In this document: one piece after another, positions 44,440 through 57,738 of the stretch
Position numbering within the stretch: position 1 is the first letter of the stretch
Layout of the letters: every line of letters begins with the position of its first letter
Assembly: GCA_001599295.1 (NCBI GenBank)
Contig: BCGN01000007.1
Coordinates: 136,433-200,432, forward strand
Length of the DNA stretch: 64,000 nucleotides
Source of the DNA: Sporopachydermia quercuum
Lineage: Eukaryota
Direction of reading: 5' to 3'
Program-made: the position numbers and the translations under genes
Notes under the pieces: model-generated
Database searches by the model: none
Seen by the model: the letters and a program-made list of their open reading frames with translations, nothing else
Told to the model about the DNA's origin: nothing

Positions 44440-47343
44440 TCATGCACCATAAACATTAACTAATGTACTACACAACTCCCCATCAACTACTTTCAATACT
44501 TTGCTCCATTCATCTTTCAGCATTTCTTTATATCCAGCTACTAAAGCTTGGAACATTTTAGCTAATTCATCGCTGGGATTACTATAACGAGCAATACAAT
44601 CTAGAAATAATGTCAAGGTAACCATTGATACCGCATTTGATCCCTTTGTCGGTTCAGCTAATAATGCTTGAGGATTATGAGATACTATATTGCAGAATCC
44701 TCTAAAGGCAGTCTCCTTTTCATCATTCTCTTCGACAAATCTCATTCGAAGTATCCATTTTCTACCGATCGACGCAATAGAGTCCGCAAATACTTCAGGA
44801 TTAGCCATACCGGTTCTTCCAATAGTAATAGCAACGTTTTCGAGAACAGTTGCTTGAAACATTCCATCAGATGTTCTTGGTGATTGTAGAATAGATAGTA
44901 ATAATGTAACGATCTCTGGAAGGAAAGGTCTAATACTTGTCCCTAGTCTCAGTGCCATTTCACCTAGAGCCCAAACAGCATTGTTGCATACTGCATCAGG
45001 ATAAGCAGCTTTCATATCATGTTCATTGATTATTGCTGTAATAAGTCGGTCACTATAAGGGAGAACCACTGGTTCAAATACATGAATAGATAAATCACCT
45101 AATAATGCATAAGCAGATTGTCGTACTTCGTTAACAGGGTCTTCAAAACAGTAGAGTAAGGCTTCCATTAAATCTCTGATACCGCTTGGCTCTTGCTTCA
45201 TTACTTCAGATAAGTCTTGGCCTTGGGCAGCTGCTGTTACGACGATTGCTCCATTGGCATTAATCAACTCAACGCTATGAGCGCTTAATCCCTGAATTAA
45301 ACCGTCAATAAGATCAATAGATGTAACGACAAAGTCCTTCTCAGGGATATCAACAGTCACATCTACCTGACTGGCTTGATCTTGTTGTATACATTCAATT
45401 AAAATCAAGAATGCCCTTCTATATACAGGAACTGCATAAGGAGCAAATCCTGTACCTAATACCGCAGAAACTGACGATAGACATTCTAATAAAGGCCATA
45501 AATCTTTATCTGTGTTTTCTATTTGATCCCATTTCTCAATCAACGGGTTCAATAGCAGAGGAATTAACTCTTTCTTGCTGCCAAGATCACTACCGACTTG
45601 CTCAACAAATGTTTGCACTGCAGCAAACAATAATGGTAAGTTCTTGGTTTTATATTTTTTGAAACATAAAGCAAAGTGCTGTAAAATAGGCTCCAAATGA
45701 GGAACAAGAAGCTCAGGGCTGCAGAATTCAATAAATGTAGAAAATGCTCCACATCCAGCCTCCTGGACTTTTTTATTATGATCCAATGAACATTCCATGA
45801 TCGCCTGTAATACAGGGAGAAAATAAGAAGCATGGGGACCATTTCCCATAGCTTGAGTAGTGATCCATTGAGAGTACCTTCCCAGAGTCCAACAGGCAAT
45901 TTGCCTAACAGCAAAATGACCATCTTTCATACTTTGAGCAAAGAAAGGAATCAATTGAGGTAAATCTGGGGTAGATAACTCAAGGCATCCCTCAGCAATT
46001 GCACCCAATGCTAATATAGCTGCTTCACGAATAATCCAATCAGGTGATAAAATTCTCTCTTTCAGTAAAGGAAGACTGATATTCACTACGGAATCAGATG
46101 CAATACTAGCAAATAAATCTAATGTGGCTGCTGAGCATTTTCTTAATGTCCATTGAGATAAATCAGCATCAAATAAATCATCATCATCATCGTCCTCTTC
46201 ATCGTCATCTTCATTCTCACCAAACTCATATTCTCCATTGCCATCATTAAATGATCTATCGTTACTATCGCCAGATTTACCCTTTTTGTTAGTTGTGTTG
46301 TATCTTCTTACCTCTTTCTTTTTAGCCATAACTGGTTTTATATCCTTCGTTTCATCTTCTTGATCAGCATCGTCTTCATCATTCATTTCTAATGCTAGTA
46401 TTTCCATGTCAGAATAAACCATCTTCTCAATAAGAACTGGGATGATGGATTCTAGATAGCTTTCAATGATCTCCAAAGGCATTTTGGAACTCGCCAAGCC
46501 AAACAAAAACTCACATGCTTCCAAAGCAACGGATTCGTCTTGATCTTTTACAGAATGCAAACAGTAGTTAACAACACCATTTAAGTGCGGTTGCAGCTTA
46601 TCAGGTCTTACTTCCAGAATTAAAACAAACGCTGTGCAGATGTTTTTACGTACTTCGCCATCAGGATAAGTTGCTAAGCTAAACAAACAGTTCAATAAAG
46701 CGTCTAGGTTAACGAAAATGCTCTGTGATTTGGCAATGATGAACTGGTTTAATGAATGTATGCTTAGGCTTTTCACTTTGCTTGATTGTGATTCAGCGGC
46801 AAATTGAATAAATTTAGGAACAATAAATGCAGTTGGGATAACTCCATTGTATGGAGTGTCTAGAGACTGAGAGCTGTCTTCACAGATCTTAGCTAGAGCA
46901 CCTAAAGCACCTTCTTGAGCAACAGTGTTACCATTTATTGCTAGTTCCATTAGTTTTTCTAAGGCTTGTGGCCATTGTTCGAATCCTAAAGCAGAGAATA
47001 AATTAGTTATAACATTACCTGTGATGTTTCTAATGATCTTCTCGGTATCTAAAAGACCATCGAAAATACCATTTTTGATGTATTCTTTCACAGCTGGTGG
47101 AAACAAAGAGCTATTTTTGCTCACTTCATTCTTTAGATAGATACCTGCTGATGCCCTTAATGCTGCAGGAGAGTCATGAGAGAATACTAGGATGTATAAT
47201 AAATAGTTATTGAACTCTGGTTGGAGTTTAGCTTGATCTAAAGTTTCCGAAGCAGCCCTTCTTTGGTTGGCATCTGGTGATAGAGCAGCAACCAGGATCG
47301 CTTTCAGCTCTTCAGCAGCTTTAGAATCAGGGGTCCAAGACAT
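44440..47343 (-). CDS. KAP104: Transportin / karyopherin beta-2
   Basis: 967 aa HEAT-repeat protein; MSWTP start, RASAGIYLKN, VALEACEF, acidic loop then WTLRKCSAATLD, CWTLGRY, KKVQEAGC, EVRQSAYALLGD, NNAVWALGE and ENVAITIGR. Confidence 0.92.
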   Translation of the reverse strand: MSWTPDSKAAEELKAILVAALSPDANQRRAASETLDQAKLQPEFNNYLLYILVFSHDSPAALRASAGIYLKNEVSKNSSLFPPAVKEYIKNGIFDGLLDTEKIIRNITGNVITNLFSALGFEQWPQALEKLMELAINGNTVAQEGALGALAKICEDSSQSLDTPYNGVIPTAFIVPKFIQFAAESQSSKVKSLSIHSLNQFIIAKSQSIFVNLDALLNCLFSLATYPDGEVRKNICTAFVLILEVRPDKLQPHLNGVVNYCLHSVKDQDESVALEACEFLFGLASSKMPLEIIESYLESIIPVLIEKMVYSDMEILALEMNDEDDADQEDETKDIKPVMAKKKEVRRYNTTNKKGKSGDSNDRSFNDGNGEYEFGENEDDDEEDDDDDDLFDADLSQWTLRKCSAATLDLFASIASDSVVNISLPLLKERILSPDWIIREAAILALGAIAEGCLELSTPDLPQLIPFFAQSMKDGHFAVRQIACWTLGRYSQWITTQAMGNGPHASYFLPVLQAIMECSLDHNKKVQEAGCGAFSTFIEFCSPELLVPHLEPILQHFALCFKKYKTKNLPLLFAAVQTFVEQVGSDLGSKKELIPLLLNPLIEKWDQIENTDKDLWPLLECLSSVSAVLGTGFAPYAVPVYRRAFLILIECIQQDQASQVDVTVDIPEKDFVVTSIDLIDGLIQGLSAHSVELINANGAIVVTAAAQGQDLSEVMKQEPSGIRDLMEALLYCFEDPVNEVRQSAYALLGDLSIHVFEPVVLPYSDRLITAIINEHDMKAAYPDAVCNNAVWALGEMALRLGTSIRPFLPEIVTLLLSILQSPRTSDGMFQATVLENVAITIGRTGMANPEVFADSIASIGRKWILRMRFVEENDEKETAFRGFCNIVSHNPQALLAEPTKGSNAVSMVTLTLFLDCIARYSNPSDELAKMFQALVAGYKEMLKDEWSKVLKVVDGELCSTLVNVYGA

Positions 47344-48066
47344 TGCTAAGACAGGTACTCTAATGTATGGGAAAAGCTAATAAAAGTTCTTTTTCAATAG
47401 AGTGCTAAGAAGTGTTCAAATTATATAAAAAACATCAGATATTCAGATTCTCTTTGAACAATACTTCCTTTACTTCCAGTGGATTGTAGCTTGAAGACTT
47501 CTGATTGGTATTAGAGTTATTCGAGGGCTATTCGTATCTACCCTTCAGAACAACACTAACAGGTCACTTGAGAGAACTGAAAAGCGGAAATTGAAATAAC
47601 TTTTTTTTTCTTTATTCTAAAAGCAGGCCTCTTTGAATAAACCTTCAAGAAAGTCTATCTACCAATATCTAATTCAGTGTTGTCGATAAAAGACGATAAG
47701 GCATATAATAAGAGCTGCCAATGATAAGTTCTGTCACACGCTGAATCTCCAGCAACCAGAATTCTGATGAAAAGACTGTTGATTCTCGCTTACTGAATAC
47801 CTTTTTTTAATTCAGAGTTTACTCTCTGTATGATCAAAACCCTTTCCAACTAGCCTTATATCCTGTTTCATATAATGTCGTATATAAGCAGACGTAATTG
47901 CTACACAATATGATGGTGATGATGTGTTAACACCAGCCAGTAGACCCATACAATCTAGAAATTTGAATTAAGATTTCTCTCACAAAATAAATTTTTTTTG
48001 TTTGTGTGTATGTTGTTTTCGATTTGTAGAATAATCACAAAATAGATTACAGACAAGAAAAGTACG

Positions 48067-48074
48067 TTACCCGG
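48067..48074. promoter_or_regulatory. Possible Reb1 site in the divergent KAP104/RPT2 promoter
   Basis: TTACCCGG matches the Reb1 consensus; another TTACCCG lies at 37958 upstream of the PXMP2-like gene. Confidence 0.35.
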
Positions 48075-48569
48075 TTGCAATATGAATAATTTGCATTTAG
48101 GCTTACGTGATCTAGGTTATTCCAAATATAATTGCAACTAAGAGCTGTAATCTATCAACCGCTAGTTATGAGACACCGCAATACACCCAATCACTTGAGC
48201 TAATCCAAATTGTCTTCAGAGAGCCCCTACTAACGGTGTCTCTTTTCGGGGCATAGGAACACTCTCTCTTATTTGCCTCTCATTTGTTTGTGAGGCAAAA
48301 TGAAAGAAGGAAAGGAAACACATTTGATATTTCAAACACCTGTTGTATTAGTTGATGATGATGATGTTTAGAAACTGTTTGAAATTTTGAATTTGATGCT
48401 GAAGCAGAACATGAGACTTTGAGGACAGTAAGCGGATAGATTGACCTTACTGAAAGTGTTGATATCAGGTAGCTAGTTGTTCGTACTGGTCAGTATTTGT
48501 ACTATCAATTGATTATTGGAACAATTGGCATCATTTGCATCTCACCAGAACAGTTCATAGTCAATCATA

Positions 48570-50435
48570 ATGGTATGTGAAAAAGATATCAGGCTAGAAT
48601 GACTATTTTTATGTCAAGCGTATTCTTTTGTCGTTTCAATAGTTTAGCTTTTTGGCTGTACGAGGGAATGGAATTGAATACTTCTGATAGTGAAATAACT
48701 CTAGAATGATTGGTTTGAGCACGAGACACAAGAGACTAGTAGATGCAATCAGTTGCGTCTTTGCCAATCATTTCCGTTGATTATTACGTTGATTGGGGTC
48801 ATCAAAACATTCTTTTATTCATGGTTCATCTAGTAATCTCATTCTACAAGTTCATCGCGCTCTATACTACTATTGTTGCATTATGTAAGAGGGTACATTT
48901 ATCTACGGATACTAACTATTGATACAGGGTCAAGGAGCTAGTGGAATGTCAGGAGCTCCTGGCGATAAAAAGAAAGACGATAAGGTATGTTGGTAATTTA
49001 TTCTTGTTGAAAATGGCTAAATTTCTTCCTGTTGTCTGACCTGATTACTAACTATGTCATTTAGAANAAAGACAGTACGTATTTTGTGGAAATGGATTAG
49101 AATTTACCAGAAGAAATCCAAGATCAACTACTCAAAAGCAAGTCGGCCCTAGTTTTTGTACTAACATTCATTTCTCTAGAACCAAAGTATGAACCACCGG
49201 TAGCAACAAGAGTTGGAAGAAAGAGGTCTAAGAAGGGACCAGATACAACTGATAAACTACCGACAGTCTTCCCAACAACTCGTTGTAAATTAAAACTTCT
49301 CAAGATGGAAAGAATCAAAGATCACTTATTATTAGAAGAAGAGTTCATTCAAAACGAAGAACGATTAAAACCAACAGATGCTAAAGTGATTGAAGAACGT
49401 GAAAAAGTCGATGAAATCAGAGGAACTCCAATGAGTGTTGGAACCCTTGAAGAAATCATCGATGATGATCATGCTATTGTTTCCTCAAGTACGGGACCCG
49501 AATACTATGTTTCCATTCTCAGTTTTGTTGATAAGGATCTACTTGAACCCGGAATGTCGGTTCTACTTCATCATAAAACTGTGTCCATAGTGGGAATTCT
49601 TCAAGATGATACGGATCCAATGGTTTCAGTAATGAAGTTAGACAAGTCACCAAAGGAATCGTATGCTGACATTGGTGGATTAGAAGCTCAAATCCAAGAA
49701 ATAAAGGAAGCTGTAGAATTACCTTTAACTCATCCTGAACTTTATGAAGAAATGGGTGTTAAACCCCCAAAGGGTGTCATTCTTTATGGGGCTCCCGGTA
49801 CTGGTAAGACGTTATTAGCAAAAGCAGTTGCCAATCAAACTTCTGCTACTTTCTTGAGAATTGTTGGTTCTGAATTAATTCAAAAGTATCTTGGTGATGG
49901 TCCAAGATTATGTCGTCAGATTTTCAAAGTGGCAGCAGAGAACGCCCCTTCAATTGTATTTATAGATGAGATTGATGCAATTGGTACCAAACGTTATGAG
50001 TCAACTTCAGGAGGCGAACGTGAAGTTCAAAGAACAATGTTGGAACTGTTGAATCAGCTGGATGGATTCGATGATCGAGGTGATGTTAAAGTGATCATGG
50101 CTACGAATAAGATTGAAACGCTAGACCCTGCTTTAATTCGACCAGGTAGAATCGACCGTAAGATTTTGTTTGAGAATCCTGATCCTTCAACTATAAGAAA
50201 GATTCTTCAGATTCACACTAGTAAGATGAGTTTGAATGAGGATGTTAATTTGGAAGAATTAGTTACTGCCAAAGATGATTTGTCTGGTGCTGATATTAAG
50301 GCAATATGTACTGAAGCAGGTTTGTTAGCATTAAGAGAAAGAAGAATGAGAGTCACAGCGGAAGATTTCAGAGCTGCAAAGGAAAGAGTGATGAAGAATA
50401 AAATTGAGGAGAATCTAGAAGGTCTTTATCTGTAA
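48570..50435 (+). CDS. RPT2: 26S proteasome AAA ATPase Rpt2; exons 48570-48572, 48928-48984, 49065-49074, 49180-50435 (441 aa)
   Basis: Introns 48573-48927, 48985-49064 and 49075-49179 have GTATGT/GTATGT/GTACGT donors, TACTAAC branch points and YAG acceptors. The spliced product reads [38 protein letters not shown]...[14 protein letters not shown], with Walker A GAPGTGKT, Walker B IDEID and C-terminal GLYL. Confidence 0.95.
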
Positions 50436-53409
50436 AGGAAATCTGGAATGTTAGAATACTATGGAGAATATATGCCATTGTTCTCCATACTATGTTCAGT
50501 TGAATGGAATGAACTAGTCACGATCATATATGTATCACATATGTATGTGGCTGATCAAAGGAATTCTATAAACAAATAGAATCATCAACTGTATAATCAT
50601 CCTATNGTTATTATTTATATTTATAATTCTGAGTTTTTTGTAGATTAGTCACTTATTCTACTTTGCTTGTTTAGTCGATGTGGGAGTCTTTCTGGTTCAC
50701 CGATAATATCAACAGCTTCCCTCTAGTCAGCATTTTATATTCTGATATATTATATATATATATTCTGATCCATTGCAGCTTGTCAATTAATAAGTAAGAA
50801 TCATCAATTTAATTCAAATATAGACAATCATTTGATCCAGTTCTTCCTTTCATGTTAATTGAATAGAAAATGTCTACTGTTCGCTATTTTCATTGTCTAA
50901 GAAATCTGACCTAAGCACTCTCATGGTGTGATAATGGATAAACTGTTGTCCATACACCATCTTAGCACAGCATCTTTTGATGATTATTTTTTAATCCTCT
51001 CTTCTTCTCTTCTCTTCTTTTCTCAAGCAAGCTGAGTATTCCTACATAATATTAAATATCGCCCTTGATAATTCAACTCTGCAGCGTTCTACCAGATTGC
51101 AAACAGCTGGCTGTCATTATCTACTGAAGGTTTAACAGCAGTAGTGTTACCTAGATCTGNTTCAAGCTTTCTTTTTCTTTTTATCACATTCCACTTAACA
51201 TCATCACAATCAGAACTGATGTTATTACAATATAAATTCCTTTTTATTAACTGTTTTCTGGTTTTTATTAAAAAAAATATATATATATAAATTCAATCAT
51301 AACATAACAAGACGGAATTGTTATTACTAATGGTATAGTATCATTCAATGGAGTATCTGTAGCTGTGAGGTTACAATTGTCGAACTAAATCATTCCTAGA
51401 ATGTTTTGAGAATCCAGTCAGATTCACCTGTTGATGTGCTATGTGTATNTTAACAGATATTCTTGAGTCTCCTGAAATAAAGCGATATATGTTCAATAAT
51501 GCTAGAACTGAGGAAATGGTTATCAACGGTTCCTAAAAAAGAATATGACAGATCAGCAGAGCAGTCATTTGATATAATGGGTATTAATTACTTAAAGTAA
51601 GCAATTTTACATAGTCTACGTCTGAACAGCATCTCCCGTTCACGCTATCAGCTTTTCAAGTTATTATTCACGAGTACATATTTCTCAGTATTTTAAGCAT
51701 CAACAATAGTCGCTCTCATTGTAGTCTTATCATATTCTCGTCATATTTGACAGTAAGACATCTAATACTTATGTATGAACGAAGTACGAACCTATCCTCG
51801 TTCGTAAACAACTATTGGAAGAATATATTGTTACTAATGTACAATTTGCTCCAAAAGCTATTTACTTTAGTATCAATGAATTGGTTTACCTTCCTTGTCT
51901 CCTTCCCATATTCTATATTGTTTCTATATCACCCATCGTCCCATAAGTGATCTTCGAGTTAAAGCAACCCTATTCAATCCTTCTGGCNCCAATGTTTTCG
52001 AATCCATTGTTGAGTAGAACAGCCGGAAACTGCCAGTATATAATCTCCTTCAGCTGCTTATAATTTATTCATTCATTATGCGTCAATCATTACTTGCTAA
52101 TCATGATTTACTTCCTTCTATGACATATAAACAATGACGAATTGCTCATATGAACAAAGTTGGATCATATGATATTAACGTTTGTGGTTCCATGCACGGC
52201 AACTGCGTTANTATGCACCTGGGATTCAAGTTTACTGTTTACCCCACCTTTCAAACCTTTATAGATTCAAAGTGGGCTCCAATTCTATTAATGGAAGTTT
52301 CAATGCTCATTGATACCAAGGGTAATTTCTAGCTGAAGAGATCAATTGAGTGCAAGAACCGGTAGACTAGCTCTTGCTCATGATCAACTAGAAACTAAAT
52401 GCATTTATCATGGAAGGAGCATATCGCTGTATTCTATTTGAATCTCGGTTAATTGCCAACCCTTAAGTGCGTTATCTGTTAATTCCGCAGACCCTCGTTG
52501 GCTCTCCTGTTCACCCCTAACATATTCATACATACTAGGAGTGAAACTACTGCAAGGTTGGGCGGTCTATTTGTAATAATAGCAGAAACGTTGAATTAGT
52601 TTCACTGAAAAAGTCGGAAGTTTCCACTACCTGGTTGAAAGAAAAATCCACTTCAAACTGGTGTAATCTTTATGTAATGTCAACTAAGGCAAAGCCAAGA
52701 CCCTTCTCAAATCCTTCATTGCAAACCTTCCCACATATTATAATTTGAAACTAGACACCATCATTTGTAACTATTCCTCTCCACTAACCATAAGTTTTAC
52801 TTTAAATCGTACAACTGAGCTTTTATCAGCCACAATTTATCTATCTCCTTATTTCTTTCCCAGTTAATTTCCCTTTGCTCAGAACTCCTTCAATCAATCA
52901 ATCGCATTCAGACCCTCTATTAAACCCTTCAGGCCCCCTTTGGCCTTCCATTTTCTTCTCTCTTTTAGGTAATCATCTCCCATTCAAGTAAAAAACCCTA
53001 GTGTTCTCCACTATTTCCTCAATCAAGGAATTCACACACAAACTCCAGACGAGCCACTTAAAATAAAAAAAATACTGGCAATTGTTATGTTATTAGCTTA
53101 TTAGTAACATCATTGTTGTTAAAGTTATGTCTCGCATTGATATCATCGAGCAACAACAATTGTATAAACTCAGTATATTATATTAAAGCATTGTTTGCAA
53201 GTTCGAAGTTGCAGTCGACCACACGTCATCTGGAAGGAACATTGAACAGATCAGGTATATTAGTTTCATCAAGGAAAAAGGAAATAAGTAGGTTACCCCA
53301 TCATTTGGCAAGTGAATTAATGAAGAAAGGACTTCATATTGGGAGAACGACACATAAATAAAATATATCAACAAGAGACACGAGTATTGGAAGGATTTAG
53401 TCTTCAGTT

Positions 53410-54927
53410 ATGTCAAAATTATTAAGAATTCCTTCAAGGAAACAATCAGAACGAATACTGGAACCAGAGAAAAACGGAGATACACTTCTATCAACAGTTG
53501 CGTCACCACCGTTAACATCAAGCAACAAAGAAACATCACCATCACCACCATCAAGCAGAAATAAAAGATTAGAATCAATTGCATCAAAAATGCTCAGTTC
53601 AGTTAAATCACGATTCAAAACTGGCGATCCTTTGTTGAACGAAAACTCTCTTTCAAGGAATACAAGAAGAACATCAGATTCATCCGCTAAATCCCCAAAT
53701 CCATTACCAATAGATGATGAATTCTTACAACAATTATCATACTCAGTAGGTGTTTCAGAAGAGAAAAATCAAAGATGCAGACCTACAATGGAAGATGTTC
53801 ATACGATAGTATATAATTTCATGGATCGAACGGATGCAGGTTATTTTGCTATATTTGATGGGCATGCTGGAAGGCAAACAGCTAAATGGTGTGGACATCA
53901 TTTGCACGAATATCTAGCTCGTGAAATAGAACGCATTGAGGGTTTACAAAGAGAGAAGGATGTTCCCTTGGCGTTAGATCGATCATTTAGAAGAGCTGAT
54001 GATGCTTTGAAAGATATATGTGGTAATTCTGGTACTACTGTTGCAGTAGCATTATTAAGATGGGAGAAAGAAGCTGGCTCTAATCAAAGATCAAGAATGT
54101 TATATGCCGCAAATGTTGGTGATGCCAGAGTAGTTCTCTGTAGATCTGGAGTTGCTCTAAGGCTTACTTATGATCATAAGGGTTCTGATGAGAAAGAAGC
54201 AGCTAGAGTAAGTGAATTAGGAGGTATAATGGTAGCTAATCGGGTTAATGGTGTCCTAGCAGTAACAAGAGCATTAGGCGATGCCTATTTAAAAAAACTA
54301 GTAACAGGAAGACCCTATACTACTACTACAAAACTAACAAGTGAAGATGAATTTTTAATTGTTGCCTGTGATGGATTATGGGATGTCTGTTCAGATCAAC
54401 AAGCAGTGAATTTGATAAGGCATGAACATGATCCTGACTTAGCATCCAAGAAACTTGTGGATTATGCAATGAAAAGGTTTTCAACTGATAATCTGACCTG
54501 TATGGTTGTCCGGTTGAAGAAACAAGTAGAGAAAAAAAANGAGGGAGATGATGAAAAAATTAGTGACAGAAGTGTACCAAATGATTCGAATGAACAGATA
54601 ANCCAAGAAGTCGAAGCTGAAATTCCATTTGATGTGGCAAACGAAAGAAAAGATGAAGAACAGTCAGAAACTGAAGAGAAACATACACCACCAACTTCAG
54701 AGAAGAATTTTCAACAGGAAGAAAAGGCTACCGATACTATTTCTCATATGGATGTAGAAGCACCTGTGAAGAAATCAGAGCTTGATCATCTTGCTGTACC
54801 ACATGAACCAAATGGAAAAGCGCAATCTGAAAGCAATAAACTACAAACAAGTGCATTAACAAGTGATACATCTAATGAACACTCTGTTGATATTCCTACT
54901 ACATCTCATATCAAAGATACACAGTAG
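53410..54927 (+). CDS. PTC1: Type 2C protein phosphatase
   Basis: [61 protein letters not shown]; acidic C-terminal extension. Confidence 0.88.
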   Translation: MSKLLRIPSRKQSERILEPEKNGDTLLSTVASPPLTSSNKETSPSPPSSRNKRLESIASKMLSSVKSRFKTGDPLLNENSLSRNTRRTSDSSAKSPNPLPIDDEFLQQLSYSVGVSEEKNQRCRPTMEDVHTIVYNFMDRTDAGYFAIFDGHAGRQTAKWCGHHLHEYLAREIERIEGLQREKDVPLALDRSFRRADDALKDICGNSGTTVAVALLRWEKEAGSNQRSRMLYAANVGDARVVLCRSGVALRLTYDHKGSDEKEAARVSELGGIMVANRVNGVLAVTRALGDAYLKKLVTGRPYTTTTKLTSEDEFLIVACDGLWDVCSDQQAVNLIRHEHDPDLASKKLVDYAMKRFSTDNLTCMVVRLKKQVEKKXEGDDEKISDRSVPNDSNEQIXQEVEAEIPFDVANERKDEEQSETEEKHTPPTSEKNFQQEEKATDTISHMDVEAPVKKSELDHLAVPHEPNGKAQSESNKLQTSALTSDTSNEHSVDIPTTSHIKDTQ

Positions 54928-55200
54928 TTTGTTAGCTGTTGTATCAAATCAAATGGTTTGCACTTATCAATTGCATCCCTTACCTACTACATGCTCACCT
55001 AGCAAATTATGTATTTACAATATTCACTTTTTCAGTATTAATATTATGATCCATAAAACATAGTATAATCATTCTCTGTTTTCCTTATACACATATGTTC
55101 ATATCATATCATATCTCGTATATACTTTTTAATAAGCTAATGAATCAATCAACCCAACCAAAACTGTCTAAACATATAATTATTCACAAAAAAAATACTA

Positions 55201-55785
55201 CTAACGCTGTATTTTATTATCACCAATTTTCAAATCTCGTGGCAGATTGGATTCACCTCCAATTTGATCATATGGTGGAGGATCTGAACTACTTTGACCT
55301 TCATTCAGACTACCATAGGCTGCTGCTGCTGCATTCTTTGGATCAGATAGCTGTTGTGAGCTTGGTGATCCATTAGATTGCGTAGGATTTATTCTAGTTT
55401 CTGTTACAGATCCTGTTGACGCTGGGGCACCTCTTGAAAAAGTTGTGTCTGCCACTGCTTCGACTTCTGCAGGCCTTGGTGTTACCGTGGCAGATCTCAA
55501 CGTTTCATAATCCCCCTGATGATCACTATCTGTGTATCTAACTCCTGTTTCAATATCAGTATATTCATAGACATATTCGTCAGGATTAATATAAATAATG
55601 TAGAATGAATGAAGGATTCCAGGCAATGCACCAAGCATGCACAAAGCTATATTGATCAAAGAATCAGCAGAAAGGAATCCTCTTTTGATCCATACTGGTA
55701 GAGGTGGGAAAAAAATAGCCAGTAGATAAAGTAGGAAGTTTCTTCCGCTGACTCGAGTGGGCCGTTCAAGAGGATCTCGCGACAT
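55201..55785 (-). CDS. Pmp3/SNA (UPF0057) small membrane protein with PY motif, Sna3/Sna4-like
   Basis: First ATG at 55785; LLAIFFPPLPVWIKRG...LINIALCMLGALPGILHSFYII, and DPPPYD near the C-terminus. Confidence 0.85.
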   Translation of the reverse strand: MSRDPLERPTRVSGRNFLLYLLAIFFPPLPVWIKRGFLSADSLINIALCMLGALPGILHSFYIIYINPDEYVYEYTDIETGVRYTDSDHQGDYETLRSATVTPRPAEVEAVADTTFSRGAPASTGSVTETRINPTQSNGSPSSQQLSDPKNAAAAAYGSLNEGQSSSDPPPYDQIGGESNLPRDLKIGDNKIQR

Positions 55786-55883
55786 TTGCAATTATGAGAG
55801 CAGGCTTCTTAGTGAATGCAAAAGAGAAAGAAAGAATGTGAGGTACAACAAGTGCAGTGTTAATAGTAGTGTACTGGTACTGT

Positions 55884-55914
55884 AGTATAGTATAGTACAG
55901 TATAGTATAGTATA
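55884..55914. repeat. (AGTAT)n microsatellite upstream of the SNA-like gene
   Basis: agtat agtat agtac agtat agtat agtat read directly. Confidence 0.7.
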
Positions 55915-57738
55915 TTCAATAGTACGTTCAATTATCCAAGATATCTTTAAGATTGGATTGTTTGTTGCTGATTAGCTGAATGATCTAATAGCAAGATATG
56001 TAAATTGCAGCTTTTAGATATCGTCAAACTAACCATTTAATAATCCTCTATTCATTTAATGGTGGAGAGGGGGGCTAATAGAAGACAAAGAGAAAAGGCA
56101 AAAAAGAGTTAACATTCCTGCCTTGGCATACTGCATGTTACGTGACTATTTTTCTCAGTTGCATATGAAAGTGTAAAAAAAGAATGGTAGAAGGATTTTT
56201 GATGGATATGAGTTAATGTTTGAGTGGAAAAGTAAGTGATCGTAGAGCTGATTTACTGTAACATTTCGGAAAATGGAAGCTATTCACTGATGATTTGTAC
56301 GAGAAATATCAGTTAGAATAGGTTTTATTGTTAATTGATATACGGTAGACAGAAGTTAGGGTAAGATTAATATGTACATGTGAATCGGAGAAAGGGATCA
56401 ATAGATTTTGCATAATGTTGCATATGTTGCACATGATACATATTGACGGTTAGGACGAAAGGTCTAATTACCCCTATATTCGAGCATTTGATATATTCGG
56501 TGAATTCAAAACGTATGGCACAGCTTCGTTTATTGAACAAGTAAGTATAGGATGTTTATTGGAAAATCTTACTCTATTTCTCTTCCTACATTTACTTATT
56601 CTCCCAAGTAAAGCCATACAAGCTTTTCTTTTCAGATTTACCCTTACGATGAAAGATCCCAAAGAATAGACCCTTCGTAGTAGGGAGAGGCTGTTCAGTG
56701 AGTGCATTTAGTTGCATTATCAATGTGAAACTAGAAGCTAACCATTTTTATGAGAATGAAGAAGCCTATACGTTTGTTTTATTCGCCAAAGATAATAACT
56801 AAATTTTTTTTTTTTGTATTTTAGCAAACTGTATGTAGATTAAGCTACGTTTTTCTCTTCATCTTTTATAATGGTCATATGTTTAGTTCATACTTCAACT
56901 GGAATTGAAATTCGACTTGACACTGACAAAATCAATGATAAAATAATAAAACCTCGTATGTTCATTCTTGACCAATACCTGCATAAATATGCAGCTGTAA
57001 AGATTAGGCATAAACTCAATCTATTATTTTTACATTCAAAACTCAGTTGTCATGTATAATCTTTGGTGTAATACTATTAATTTGAAGCAGCAAAACAAAT
57101 CAAAACAGTAATTCATCTACCAAAGCCACCCAACCACTTTTCCAGTTTTATTATCTAAGAATCCCTTGAACACCCATATTATCAACGCCATCTTTCCCCA
57201 ATATTCTTCCCTCTATTCTTCATCTCCAATCAGCATTTCCTGCACATTCCTACAATATTGCATACTTATGCATCAACCCTCGAATCTTATTTTCCTTCCC
57301 CAAATAAATGCACATGATAAAAGCACTGGTTCCTTCTGTTGTCCCAAGTCAAATATTCATTCATTGTGCACGTCTAGACCATTTATAGTATTTATGCTTC
57401 TGTTATAGTTGAAATAGCTCTAATGATCGATGATGATGATATAAGAAATAGGGTGAAAGAAATAGAATTATATTGAACGTTTATAGTAGTTATAAGTAAG
57501 AGAATACTTAGCGAAAGAACGGTAGGAAAGAAAGAAAAAAGTAAAGGAAAGATTCCGTCAGTCAAATCAAATAAACAAGTCCCGTATTCTCATATTTACT
57601 ACTATCATCCAGTATAAGGTTGTTTGATAGATTGCTTGATGCTCATTTCATGAGTATAATTGAAGTCAAACGCTCTTATTATTTGTTGCTGTTCGTTGTT
57701 TGCTACTGATTTGAAAAACTAATTGTACACCTACACCT

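Noticed and set aside
48291..48300. TGAGGCAAAA as an Rpn4/PACE element for RPT2
   Set aside because: Differs from the canonical GGTGGCAAA; plausible variant but unsupported without comparing other proteasome promoters.
48354..48453. C/D'/C'/D-like box arrangement upstream of RPT2
   Set aside because: The C box is part of a (TGA)n microsatellite and no rRNA guide is recognisable.
49305..50435. Alternative yeast genetic code (CTG=Ser or Ala)
   Set aside because: CTG encodes conserved leucines in Rpt2 ([10 protein letters not shown], terminal GLYL), Pir (QCLSG) and Pho84 (RLALE), consistent with the standard code.
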